A stretch of 64,000 nucleotides of DNA from the NCBI GenBank assembly GCA_000004985.1, contig GG738916.1; one strand, 5' to 3'. A program made the position numbers and the translations under genes. This stretch comes from Naegleria gruberi. Lineage: Eukaryota. Below are positions 23,243-33,195 of this stretch, in pieces. The notes under the pieces are model-generated. The model made no database searches, was not told the DNA's origin, and was given only the letters and a program-made list of their open reading frames with translations. The first letter of the stretch is position 1, and the number at the start of each line of letters is the position of its first letter.

Positions 23243-25464
23243 ATGATTCAACAACAAGACGTTGATTTTATGAATCCCAAGATTGAACTTTTTCGGATCA
23301 ATGAGTTGGTTCAATCTTCAAACAATGATCGGAATCAACATGATAAAGAAGAAGAATTAAATAATAGCAATATTAATATGAATAATAATACTGATACATC
23401 GTTGTATACAAAACAAGGAAGAATTATTAGAGCAAGAGAGGATATTGATGAAGGAGAAATTCTGGTGATTGAAAAGGCCTATGCAAGTGTATTGCATCAG
23501 TCAAATATTAATTTTAATTCTCATAGTTTTTGTGTAGTTTGTCAAAAGAAGAAAATTATGAAAAATATTGCTAATGCTGATTTAATCAATTCCTCATCGG
23601 CATGTTGTGATAAATCAACAAGTAATTGCAACAATGAATGGATGTTGTGTGGAGATGAAGGTTGTGAATTTTTGAGGAATACAGTGTACAAGGAGAATGA
23701 ATTAATGGATGGACAATCAATGTATGATTACTTGTTGAGGATGGCTGAGGAGTGTGGAATTGAATTTTCACTCCTCTTGTTAGTTTACAGAATTTGTAGG
23801 AAATTTGAGTTTGATTTTAATTCGAGTAATGAGCTTGCTTCTAAGTATTTTGATAGAAACAAGATGGATAATCTATTATCATTAGAAACTCATAGGGATG
23901 AAATTTATCCAGAGCACTTGTTTCTATTCAAGAAAGCCTCATCATGTCTCAAGGAGAGAATCTTTCTCGATAATGTCATTGGTGAGGAATTAATTATTGA
24001 CACATTTTGTAGAATATTTGTAAATGCACACAGTATCACTCATACCAGATGGTGGTGGCATCAATCGGATAACATTATTGAAGTGGAGAAACAAAATGCT
24101 GATACAGCAGAAAAGGAAATGGAGGAAATTTCCCAATTTTTCAAACATGAATCGTTGAAAAGCAAATGTCTCGATTCTCCCTTTTTCATTCCTGCATGCT
24201 CATCTGATAGGGAGGATCATACTGAGAATAGTTGTGCTGATTTTAGAGATATTGGAACAGGACTATTTCCAATGGTTTCCATGTTTGATCATTCATGCTC
24301 TCCAAATTGCTCCTTCCAGACCTTTGATGATATGAAATCGAGAAATTCCTACTCTGGCAATGTCATTCTCGTTCAAACTGTGAAAAAGGTCAAGAAGGGA
24401 GAAGAATTGTGCATTAGTTATATTGACATTATGAATCCAACATGTATACGGAGAAGAGAGTTGTGGTACTCGAAATATTTCGTCTGTCGTTGTTCCAGAT
24501 GCATGAGTGAAACAGAGGAGAATCGAATGGTGAGAGCCTATTCTTGTGGAGAGTCTGAATGCACTGAGGGTTATCTTGTACCCATCTATCATTGCAATGT
24601 GAGTGAGGAACCAAAGGCAGATTTGAGACATGTCAATTTGAATGACTCGGGCGTGCAACCATTTGATTCAGAGAATGATTTTAACCTTGAGGATTTTGAT
24701 GAGGAAGATTATGATAAGGCACTCTCCATGTTTGAGGATATCTATGAGAATGATGAATCTAGAGAATTCAATCACGACCAGAGAGAAATCGATGAAGCTT
24801 ACATTCAAAGGATTTCATATTGGAAATGCACACACTGTGAAAGGAGTATTGAAGGGGAGGCACCTGAAAGTGAGCTCATGCAAAACATGGAGAGACATCT
24901 GAATCAAGAGTTGATTTCTGTTGGACAACAAGTTTCGGAAGACAATTTAAAACTGAATGAGTTGCCAAGAGAGGAGTACTGTTGTGTCCTGTTGGAAATT
25001 GTCGACCAGTTGTGCCAATCCATTGTACATGTTGAGAGTGGTTCCTATCCTGGTTTTGAATCACTCAAGGTACATCCTAACCATTACTTGTTGTTCCAAA
25101 TGAAGGGAAAGTTTGTCACGATGCTCATCAAGCTATTCGAAAGAGGTTGGTGGAAGTACCGTAAGGATGTTACTTCTGCATCGCAGTTGTGGGAGATGCC
25201 ACTTCTACGAATGCTTGTTGTTGTAATGATGCAAGACATTACCTCAACCTTGGATTAAAGTACTTGGGTGAGATGGCAGCAAGTACCAAGCAAATATTTC
25301 CAACTTTCCACACAGAAATTATGCTCTTCCATTGCAAGCTGCTCAAGTACAAATATTGGATGGAAGAGAATCACTTGTTGGATGGACAAGTTTCTTCCAA
25401 CTTACCAAGTGAAGAAGAATTACTATCAAGTCTCTTGGAACAATATCGAGTCATAATCAAATAA
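23243..25464 (+). CDS. SET and MYND domain (SMYD-type) protein lysine methyltransferase. The main ORF 23243..25258 probably continues in a second frame to 25464.
   Basis: MYND-like Cys cluster (CVVCQKKK...C..C). SET core motifs FPMVSMFDHSCSPNC and post-SET ELCISYID. The C-terminal ORF 25189..25464 overlaps in another frame; a 26-nt GT-AG segment (gtaaggatgttacttctgcatcgcag) or a frameshift would join them. Confidence 0.7.
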
Positions 25465-25520
25465 ACAATATCAACTCTTACCATTATGAATTTTGATTAT
25501 AAAGGTTTTATTAAAGAGAT

Positions 25521-25817
25521 TTACAAAGTCTTCTTCTTGGCACCGAGTTCGAAGTGCTTACATCTCTTGATTCCTCTTTGGTTGATTCTCTTACATTCCT
25601 TACATTGGAGTCTGAGAACGATCTTCTTGGTAGTCTTAGCCTTCTTGTGGAAAATTGGTTTGGTTTGACCACCATAACCCTTTTGCTTACGATCGTAACG
25701 TCTCTTACCTTGAGCCCAGAGAGAGGCCTTACCAGCCTTGTATTGGGTAACCTTGTGTTCCTTGTGAGTAGCACACTTTTGACAGTAGGCCTTCAATTGC
25801 TTTGGGAAGTTCACCAT
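25521..25817 (-). CDS. RPL36A: 60S ribosomal protein eL42 (L36a/L44e)
   Basis: [85 protein letters not shown] is near-identical in pattern to eukaryotic L36a/L44e. Confidence 0.9.
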   Translation of the reverse strand: MVNFPKQLKAYCQKCATHKEHKVTQYKAGKASLWAQGKRRYDRKQKGYGGQTKPIFHKKAKTTKKIVLRLQCKECKRINQRGIKRCKHFELGAKKKTL

Positions 25818-27125
25818 TTTTTGGCTCTATTGTGATGAATGTAGAGGAATATTATGATATTAGTAACAACATGATAATATGTTGTAGAGTGAATAGTTGG
25901 TTGTGGAAGGTTAAAGAATATGGTAGAAGTAAGTTTTTGCTTGATGAATAAAATGACTACGTACAGTGTTGACTTTGAGGTATTTTTTTCGAACAAATCT
26001 TTAAGTTGGTTTTGCCTAGCTGTGTTTTACAATGAAAATTTTAGCTGAAAAATATTGCAGCCACAACATCAACCAAAGAAAAACCTTCATGATGACGCTA
26101 ACAAAGACTTGAAAGAGGCTGCTACTTCTTCATCATCAATAATTACTACTCTATCATCCACTTCAAAGCACGAATTGAACATCAATTTGGGAGTCTACTC
26201 TATACATTCAACCAATCGTTTGTTCTTCATCAGCGGATGAAACGAATTCATTGGTGGATTTATTTACAAATACACCATTATTTACACAAATAGTTCTATG
26301 AACAGGAGTCCTGTTCCAAAAAGGCTGTTGGAAAAGGCTTTCTTTTATTTTCCTTTTTGTTTTTGAATTATTCAATTTAAATAATGTTGAACCATGACTA
26401 GCTATTCAAATAGCACATGGTTGATGGAGGAATTCAAATCAAGTACCTCTTCTCATCTGCTTTGGATTTTAGAAAATTTAGGAAGAGCACTTGTTTTATA
26501 TAACGTAATCTTGATATCAGAACATCATGTGTAACACACAATAACAATATTTGCCAATTCGCTCTAATATATTGGACATAATATTCCATCATTGTGAGCC
26601 AATAAGAGTGGTTTAAAACTAGCCGTTACAACAAAGTATCAACATTGTGAAATTCACAAGTGGAGCATGTGTATTTGATGTTCACCCAGCATCACTAACA
26701 TCCTTCCAATAACTGAGAATCAACTTTCACATCTCTTGGAAAATATCCAAGAGCCATAACACCTCCTCTTTAAATTGAACAAGTTGTCAAAAGGTGTTAA
26801 GAATATTCTTCATCTATTGGACTTCTATCTTCGTATGTCTAATGCCAGCTTGTGGTTCAACAAATTTCTTATATAATGGGAACATCCAAATCACCTTATT
26901 CAATTCTGTTGGATTGAATAAATTTCAATTTGATTTAAAAGAATCTCATATATTTTCTACATGAAACTTCATTAACGAACCTTCTAGTGCATTATCCACT
27001 CGAAAATGTCAGTTAATTACAAAACAGGTCTATGAGAAAGGAACTAGTGATCACGTTTTGTGGACTTTTCCTCATTGTCACGCTTGGATTTTCATAAGTC
27101 AACAGAAACAAACGCCTCTACAAGA

Positions 27126-29312
27126 ATGACACATACTCTGAGTTTTGTTATCACTCTTCTGTTAGTGCTAACCTACGGTTCATCTATTACTTTCCAACAA
27201 GATACACTTTCAACCAAGTGCTTTACTGATGTTAGTTACAGTTCTCTCAAGAGTAATGATCTTATTGTTGGAGTGAAGAGCTACTTTACTCTATTTGTTT
27301 GGAGATCAAAATTTGGAAATACAGCAACACAACAAGACGAGAATGTAGCAACTGCCAGTGACAACAAGAATCAATTCATAAGAGAATGGATTGATAAATT
27401 GGAGAAACCTCTTATGGTAGGAGTTGAATACAAATACTTCAACTTGTTTGAAACTCTGATTAGCACTCTTCACATGGATCATTCCAAATTGACCATCAAG
27501 AAAATATATTTAACTGATGAGTTGTGCAGAGTGTCAAACTTGTACGAAGAATTCGATGCTCTCTTTCTTGAACCATACAAATTCACATATTTTGTTAGGA
27601 TTTACAGAGAGCACGACATGAAGAGGACATCAGCCAAGTACATCAATCCGAGTGACTTTTATCCATTCCAAATGTTAGCTTCGAATTTGACAATAATTGA
27701 TAGAAAATCATGCCCCTCAGATGTTGATATTCAATCAGACATTTCAAAACACTATTTAAATTATGAAGAGTTTATGTATTCTCTTGGTAATTATTCGTGC
27801 GAGCATCGACCTGATTATTATGACAATCAACATTTGAGATTATTGAGCGGAATTTCAAATTTTACAGAGAATGATATTATTCTCCTTCAGAACGTTACAG
27901 GAACAAGTCTGTCATTCACAACACAATATTTGAATGAATTTTCGAGCGGCTCAAGCGTTCATTCCATTCATTCATTTAACTCTAGTGTACTAAATCAGAT
28001 TCTTCTTCCCTCTTCATGCCACTTTTGCTCGGCTACTCTGTGTCCAGAGTATCATATCAATAATGATGAGTTGTGGTCGATAGGACAAGTTGGAGTTATT
28101 TTGATTTACTTTTTTGCCTTCTTCATCAGTGGAAGTTTCAAGTCAATGGTTTTCACACAACGTCTGGCACTTCCATATGCTCCAATCCTCTCTTTTATTG
28201 TAATGATATTCTTCTCAAAGAATGTTGCTTCCTACTGCTTTGTTGCTTTTCATATTGTTTCATTACAGTTGAGCTTGTGGTACTTATTATTGTTCACCTT
28301 CACTGTTGCAAGATTAGTCTACATGAGAAACATGTACAAAATTGTAAAGAATAGTACAAACATTAAGATTCACAAAATTGTTGCAAGTCCCTCATTTGGA
28401 TTGATTATTTCACTTGTTGTACTTCCATCAATTTCAACTTTCATTACTTTTTATGGAGCTGCCATGTTTTTCATTAATAATAATCAATTAGATTTATTCA
28501 GAAATATATTCCTCATGGTATTCCTATTTGGAGGATGTTTATTAGGACTAATTTCAATATCATTTGATATGTTTTACAACCGTAGAAATATTAAGGAGAA
28601 GGGATTCTTGAAATTCCTCTTCTTTGATGACCCATATTTGGTGAGATTGGAACTTATATTGTTAGTAATGTTATTACTAATCGGAATATGGACTGTCATT
28701 ATTTCATTGCTGCCTTCAAGTTTAGTAGATATTAGTGGACGATATATCAACTTTCTTGTTTCACTCTTCACAACACTGGCATGTGGAGGAAATGCACTGA
28801 TTGCAGAATTGATCAAAAAGCTAATCTACCGTAAGAAATTCAACACTGAAAAGGATAGATTGGATCATTTACTATTGACAAATCAGGATCTTTACGAATT
28901 ATTCAAGGATTATTGTTCTAAGGAATTCTCTTTGGAGAATATCTTGTTTTTCGAAAAGTTGAAACAAGCAAGTTCTAATTTTACTAGAGCCGATTCAAAA
29001 CTGAGTAAGGAATTGATTGAAGAGATGGAGAAGGATTTCTTTACACCATACGGAAAATACGAATTGAATATTCCAGGCAATGTTCGAAAGCAAATTATTG
29101 AACTATTTCAAAAATCCAAATCAAAGGGAAATTCCACTGAGGAACTTCTTAAAGAGGAAGAAACCATTCTAGTTTCCCAATTAATGGACTTGATATATAT
29201 CGATTTGTTGTTAAATCTAAATGACACTTTCACTCGGTTACAAAGAACAAGAGAATTCCAACGATGGAAAGAAGTTTACACTCTCCAATCCAAAATGAGT
29301 GTTTCCGAATAA
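27126..29312 (+). CDS. 7TM receptor with C-terminal RGS domain (7TM-RGS), paralog 1. Large N-terminal ectodomain, about 7 hydrophobic helices, then an RGS-like domain.
   Basis: Signal-like MTHTLSFVITLLLVLTYG. Helices VGVILIYFFAFFISGSF ... INFLVSLFTTLACGGNALIAELI. C-terminal DLYELFKDYCSKEFSLENILFFEKLKQ matches the RGS core (EFSEENLxFW). Start taken at the ATG at 27126; the ORF-track start is a GTG. Confidence 0.65.
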   Translation: MTHTLSFVITLLLVLTYGSSITFQQDTLSTKCFTDVSYSSLKSNDLIVGVKSYFTLFVWRSKFGNTATQQDENVATASDNKNQFIREWIDKLEKPLMVGVEYKYFNLFETLISTLHMDHSKLTIKKIYLTDELCRVSNLYEEFDALFLEPYKFTYFVRIYREHDMKRTSAKYINPSDFYPFQMLASNLTIIDRKSCPSDVDIQSDISKHYLNYEEFMYSLGNYSCEHRPDYYDNQHLRLLSGISNFTENDIILLQNVTGTSLSFTTQYLNEFSSGSSVHSIHSFNSSVLNQILLPSSCHFCSATLCPEYHINNDELWSIGQVGVILIYFFAFFISGSFKSMVFTQRLALPYAPILSFIVMIFFSKNVASYCFVAFHIVSLQLSLWYLLLFTFTVARLVYMRNMYKIVKNSTNIKIHKIVASPSFGLIISLVVLPSISTFITFYGAAMFFINNNQLDLFRNIFLMVFLFGGCLLGLISISFDMFYNRRNIKEKGFLKFLFFDDPYLVRLELILLVMLLLIGIWTVIISLLPSSLVDISGRYINFLVSLFTTLACGGNALIAELIKKLIYRKKFNTEKDRLDHLLLTNQDLYELFKDYCSKEFSLENILFFEKLKQASSNFTRADSKLSKELIEEMEKDFFTPYGKYELNIPGNVRKQIIELFQKSKSKGNSTEELLKEEETILVSQLMDLIYIDLLLNLNDTFTRLQRTREFQRWKEVYTLQSKMSVSE

Positions 29313-29585
29313 CAGACTTTATTTCAATTAACCATTCCAATTAACCTAATTTTCGAATCAGCTTAAATGATGAAGTTTGTTTTTCCCACCAACTGATATT
29401 CAATCCAACTCGGAACTCACACGAAAAAATACGTTGCATGATGGTGAACCTTGTAATTCAATCTCATCATGAATTAATTAATAAATTAGAGATGAAGATT
29501 TTAGAGAATTTCATAAACAAAAAGAAAGCAATAACTAATATATTGTTAAATATACAACTTGTTGAATAACACATCCCGATAACAA

Positions 29586-30725
29586 ATGACCAAGAATAAT
29601 TCTTCCGAAGATATTACTGAATATTATGATGATCCAACTATTTTGAATGAAAAATTGGATGAATTGGCCCAATTGCTCCAATCATCAAAACATGTTGTCT
29701 TTTATACAGGTGCTGGTATTAGTACTTCTGCAGGTATTTCTGATTTTAGAGGACCTAATGGTATTTGGACAATGAAAGAGAAGGGAATGAAGGCAAAAGC
29801 TTCTTCATCAACTATTAAGCTCCCAACTCCAACTCACATGGCCATTGCAACATTGTATCAGAGAGGAATGATCAAGTATGTGACTAGTCAGAATGTGGAT
29901 GGTTTGCATGTGAAATCTGGATTTAGTAGAAAGGATATTTCAGAATTGCACGGAAATACCAATGTTGAGCTATGTAAAAATTGTAATTGTGAATATTTGA
30001 GAACTTTTAGATGTAGAAATGCAGAACATGTGCATGATCACAAGACTGGAAGAATGTGTGAACATTGTGGACATGAATTGGAGGATAGTATTATCAATTT
30101 TGGAGAAAATTTACCTGAAGATCAATTGGATAGAGCAGAATTGAATGCCAAGAAGGCAGATTTGGCCATCGTTTTGGGAACCTCATTGAGAGTGAGCCCA
30201 GCATGTGACTTGCCTGAAATGTGTTTAAAGAAGGGAGGTAAAATGGTGATTGTAAACTTGCAAAAGACTCCAAAGGATAAAAAGTCATCACTGAGAATTT
30301 TTGCCAAGACTGACGATGTCATTAATGGAATAATGGAAAGATTATCACTCTCCATTCCATCCTATGTATTGAAATCAGAATTTACTCTTGGAGCTACTGA
30401 AAAGGAAGAAAAATCAATATTTGGAAATATTAGAAGAAAGATTGGAGTTTCATTGACCTCACCAATTAAGGGTGCTAGAATATTGTCAGAACTGGAAATG
30501 AGATTGGTATGTGAAAAGAAGATTTTAAAGTATACCACTCCAACTATTGATGAAATTCCACAAGATTGTAAAAAGGTAGTAGCCAGATTGAGCTTTAATT
30601 TAGATCCAAAATTTGGCAAGGAAGCTGAATGTGAATTGGTGTTGGACAATCCACATTCATCAAAGACATTCTTCATCAATGTCGATACTTCTGATAATTC
30701 AGTGCAAGTAACTGAAGCTTTGTAA
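29586..30725 (+). CDS. NAD-dependent protein deacylase, sirtuin class IV (SIRT6/7-like)
   Basis: VVFYTGAGISTSAGISDFRGPNGIWT and HGNTNVELCKNCN..C (zinc ribbon) and GTSLRVSPA are sirtuin catalytic-core motifs. Confidence 0.85.
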   Translation: MTKNNSSEDITEYYDDPTILNEKLDELAQLLQSSKHVVFYTGAGISTSAGISDFRGPNGIWTMKEKGMKAKASSSTIKLPTPTHMAIATLYQRGMIKYVTSQNVDGLHVKSGFSRKDISELHGNTNVELCKNCNCEYLRTFRCRNAEHVHDHKTGRMCEHCGHELEDSIINFGENLPEDQLDRAELNAKKADLAIVLGTSLRVSPACDLPEMCLKKGGKMVIVNLQKTPKDKKSSLRIFAKTDDVINGIMERLSLSIPSYVLKSEFTLGATEKEEKSIFGNIRRKIGVSLTSPIKGARILSELEMRLVCEKKILKYTTPTIDEIPQDCKKVVARLSFNLDPKFGKEAECELVLDNPHSSKTFFINVDTSDNSVQVTEAL

Positions 30726-31051
30726 ATATAAAATTTTGTAAATAATTCATTTCAATCTAAAAGAAAATCTTTTCAATTTTCCTTGCAAAACAAATTAGGA
30801 AAGAAGTGAAACAACTTTTCATTCAAATTGCTTTCAAAAATTTGGGCAAAAGTTGGAAACATATACAGTGTTTCGGCAAGAGTTGAACGCAATAAATGGT
30901 TTCTTCCAAGTTGTACTTTGACTAGGTTACAATCATTCGAATATTTTTAATTGGTCTCCTCTAAATAACAACAAAAATTGGTTAAATGAACGAATATAGT
31001 TCCAAATTCATCTTTCTCATATCACCATCCCACCTCTGACAGCCGAAAAAA

Positions 31052-32449
31052 ATGTCCACACAATATTTCACACTCACAATCGTCTTGTTGCTAGTCTTCT
31101 TTACTTTGCAATCCTTCCAACAAAATTGCACCAGTTCATTGTTTTCAGAAACCGAAACTCCAGCCACCTTGGATGACAGCTGTCCAATTTCTTATGTCAA
31201 TTTTGGTAAAGCATGTCTTCCCTTCTCTACCATTTACAAGCAAAAGAAAGAAATTTCATGTACATCCACTTCTGATTGTCTTTTTACATCCTTGGAATGT
31301 GTTAATCATAAATGTCTGCCAAAAATCAGATTGTCAGGTGATTCTTGTGTAGATGACATGCAATGTATAAGTAATGTTCCTCTAACCATTTCAAGTAGTG
31401 TGGCTGATATTATTGGACCAAAATGTATCAATAATAGATGTCAAAATTTGAAAGTTGAAAGAAAAAATGATGGAGAAGAATGTTTTATTGACAGGTACTC
31501 GAAAATTATTTACGATTGTAAAGTTGGATCGATTTGTTCAACGTATGGTACTGGGAGTAAATGTGTTCCAAAATTGAGTGTAAGAAAGGGTGAAAGTTGC
31601 TTTAATCCAACTACTGACGACAAGTCAACTATTTTCAATTACAAATATTGTGAAAGTGGATCTTATTGTAAAAGTTTGAGTGATGGAAGTCAGATTTGTG
31701 TTGAACCACTTATTAAGGGTTCAATATGTGCAAATTCAACAACCAGATGTCAAGATGGTACTGTTTGTCGTCAAAATTCACCAACTGATTCAACCTTCAC
31801 TTGTCAAAATATTGCAACTTATGGAGAGAGTTGTGTTTTGGATTCTGATTGTGCATATGGTACAACCCAATTTGTAAAGTGTTACAACAACAAATGTCAA
31901 AGAATTTTCGGTACTGTAACTAATGGAATTTGTAAGCAAGACGATGAGTGTTACACCAGATATTGTTCACCTGAAGGGAGATGTGCAGAACGATCGAATA
32001 ATATTCCATGTTCAACAAGTAATGATTGTCCATTTAGAGAAGGTTGTGCCTGTGGAGGTAAAGGTAATTATTCAAATAGTTTTGGAAGATGTGCAAGCAA
32101 TTTACAATGTTATGGACCCTATACTGATATGCTGTCTTGTGTGTTCAATTTGGGGATTACATTTAAAGAGTACTATTTTTTTGGTGGTTTTGGTTACAGT
32201 CAATTTGTAGATGAAGAAAGTTCAGTATTTACCAGATGTAGAAATGCCTATTCGAGATTTTATTCTTGTTTCAGAAAAGTATTTATTTCTACTGGAATTC
32301 CTACTAAGGGGGAAATGGAAGGAGTTGATTTGGATGCTTATTCAGTTTATGCTTCTCCAATTCTTCCAGGTAGAAGTGGAGCAAGTCAAAATCAATTAGT
32401 TTTTGGATTAGCTTTGAGTATTATGATGTTGGTAACTTTGATTTTGTAA
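31052..32449 (+). CDS. Secreted cysteine-rich repeat protein with a C-terminal hydrophobic tail (GPI-anchor-like)
   Basis: N-terminal signal peptide (FTLTIVLLLVFFTLQSF). About 10 repeats of a Cys-spaced module (..C....G..C....C..). Ends in GASQNQLVFGLALSIMMLVTLIL, typical of a GPI attachment signal. Confidence 0.5.
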   Translation: MSTQYFTLTIVLLLVFFTLQSFQQNCTSSLFSETETPATLDDSCPISYVNFGKACLPFSTIYKQKKEISCTSTSDCLFTSLECVNHKCLPKIRLSGDSCVDDMQCISNVPLTISSSVADIIGPKCINNRCQNLKVERKNDGEECFIDRYSKIIYDCKVGSICSTYGTGSKCVPKLSVRKGESCFNPTTDDKSTIFNYKYCESGSYCKSLSDGSQICVEPLIKGSICANSTTRCQDGTVCRQNSPTDSTFTCQNIATYGESCVLDSDCAYGTTQFVKCYNNKCQRIFGTVTNGICKQDDECYTRYCSPEGRCAERSNNIPCSTSNDCPFREGCACGGKGNYSNSFGRCASNLQCYGPYTDMLSCVFNLGITFKEYYFFGGFGYSQFVDEESSVFTRCRNAYSRFYSCFRKVFISTGIPTKGEMEGVDLDAYSVYASPILPGRSGASQNQLVFGLALSIMMLVTLIL

Positions 32450-32564
32450 AATTTATTTCTTCTAATAGTTGAATTTTGTTGAAAATCAATTATTTTTACT
32501 ATTTCTAAAAATGCTAAATTGGATTGATAATATTGATTTTGTAAATTTTTATTAATATTGTAAA

Positions 32565-32930
32565 TCGGGTGTGGTATAGTGGTAGCATTCCAGACTGTCA
32601 CTCTGGCGACCCGGGTTCAATTTGTTTTGTTAGTGTGTGGGTAATAGTTGAATGATATCGGTCATTCCTTATTTGGAAATTTCATTCCCGGTACCCATGG
32701 TATGAACGAGAGTTTTGGTTGTTAATCATTTCTCGAGTGGTTTGGATGAAGTTACAGTTATGAATAATTATCAAGGAATTGGAGACACAATACTACAATA
32801 ATAATGTGTTTATTAAATGTTAATTTAGCGTCACGGTGATTACTCTGTGTTTTTATAATTTAATNNNNNNNNNNNNNNNNNNNNNNNNNNNNNNNNNNNN
32901 NNNNNNNNNNNNNNTATTCCGGCACTCGAG
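32565..32930 (+). pseudogene. Second tRNA-Asp(GUC) copy split in the T-loop. 5' portion 32565-32622 (through GGGTTCAATT). 3' portion 32917-32930 (TTCCGGCACTCGAG plus T5 terminator). About 294 bp of unrelated sequence including a 50-N gap lies between.
   Basis: 58/58 identity to the intact tRNA-Asp at 21803-21873 up to the T-loop. After the N-run, the T-stem 3' strand and acceptor 3' strand reappear with the same T-rich 3' flank. Confidence 0.7.
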
Positions 32931-33195
32931 AAGCAATTTTTATATTTTCTAGTTCAATATTCCTTATTTTTCGTTCAATTTTCATATAATGGTAGTTTAG
33001 ATATCCTGCTTGAATATAGCATTTTTTATTTTTTTAAAATTTTATGTATTTCCTTTTTTAGAAGCCTCAGTTTGAGCCCTATTTTTTTCTCCTTCAAAAA
33101 TGTCCTAAAGATATAATGCTTCTTCCTAGAATGAACAACATCATTCGAGCAATTTTGTGTCACATATTGAATGTGGACTTTCATCAGAAAGTGTT

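Noticed and set aside
26290-26320. 16-bp palindrome AACAGGAGTCCTGTT in the 1.2-kb intergenic region upstream of 7TM-RGS paralog 1
   Set aside because: It is a single short inverted repeat with no recurrence elsewhere in the window, and it cannot be distinguished from chance in AT-rich DNA.
32679-32697. ttcattcccggtacc resembling the tRNA-Asp T-arm, inside the insertion that splits the tRNA
   Set aside because: Only 11/12 nt match and there is no adjacent acceptor-stem complement. The real 3' half is found after the N-run at 32917-32930.
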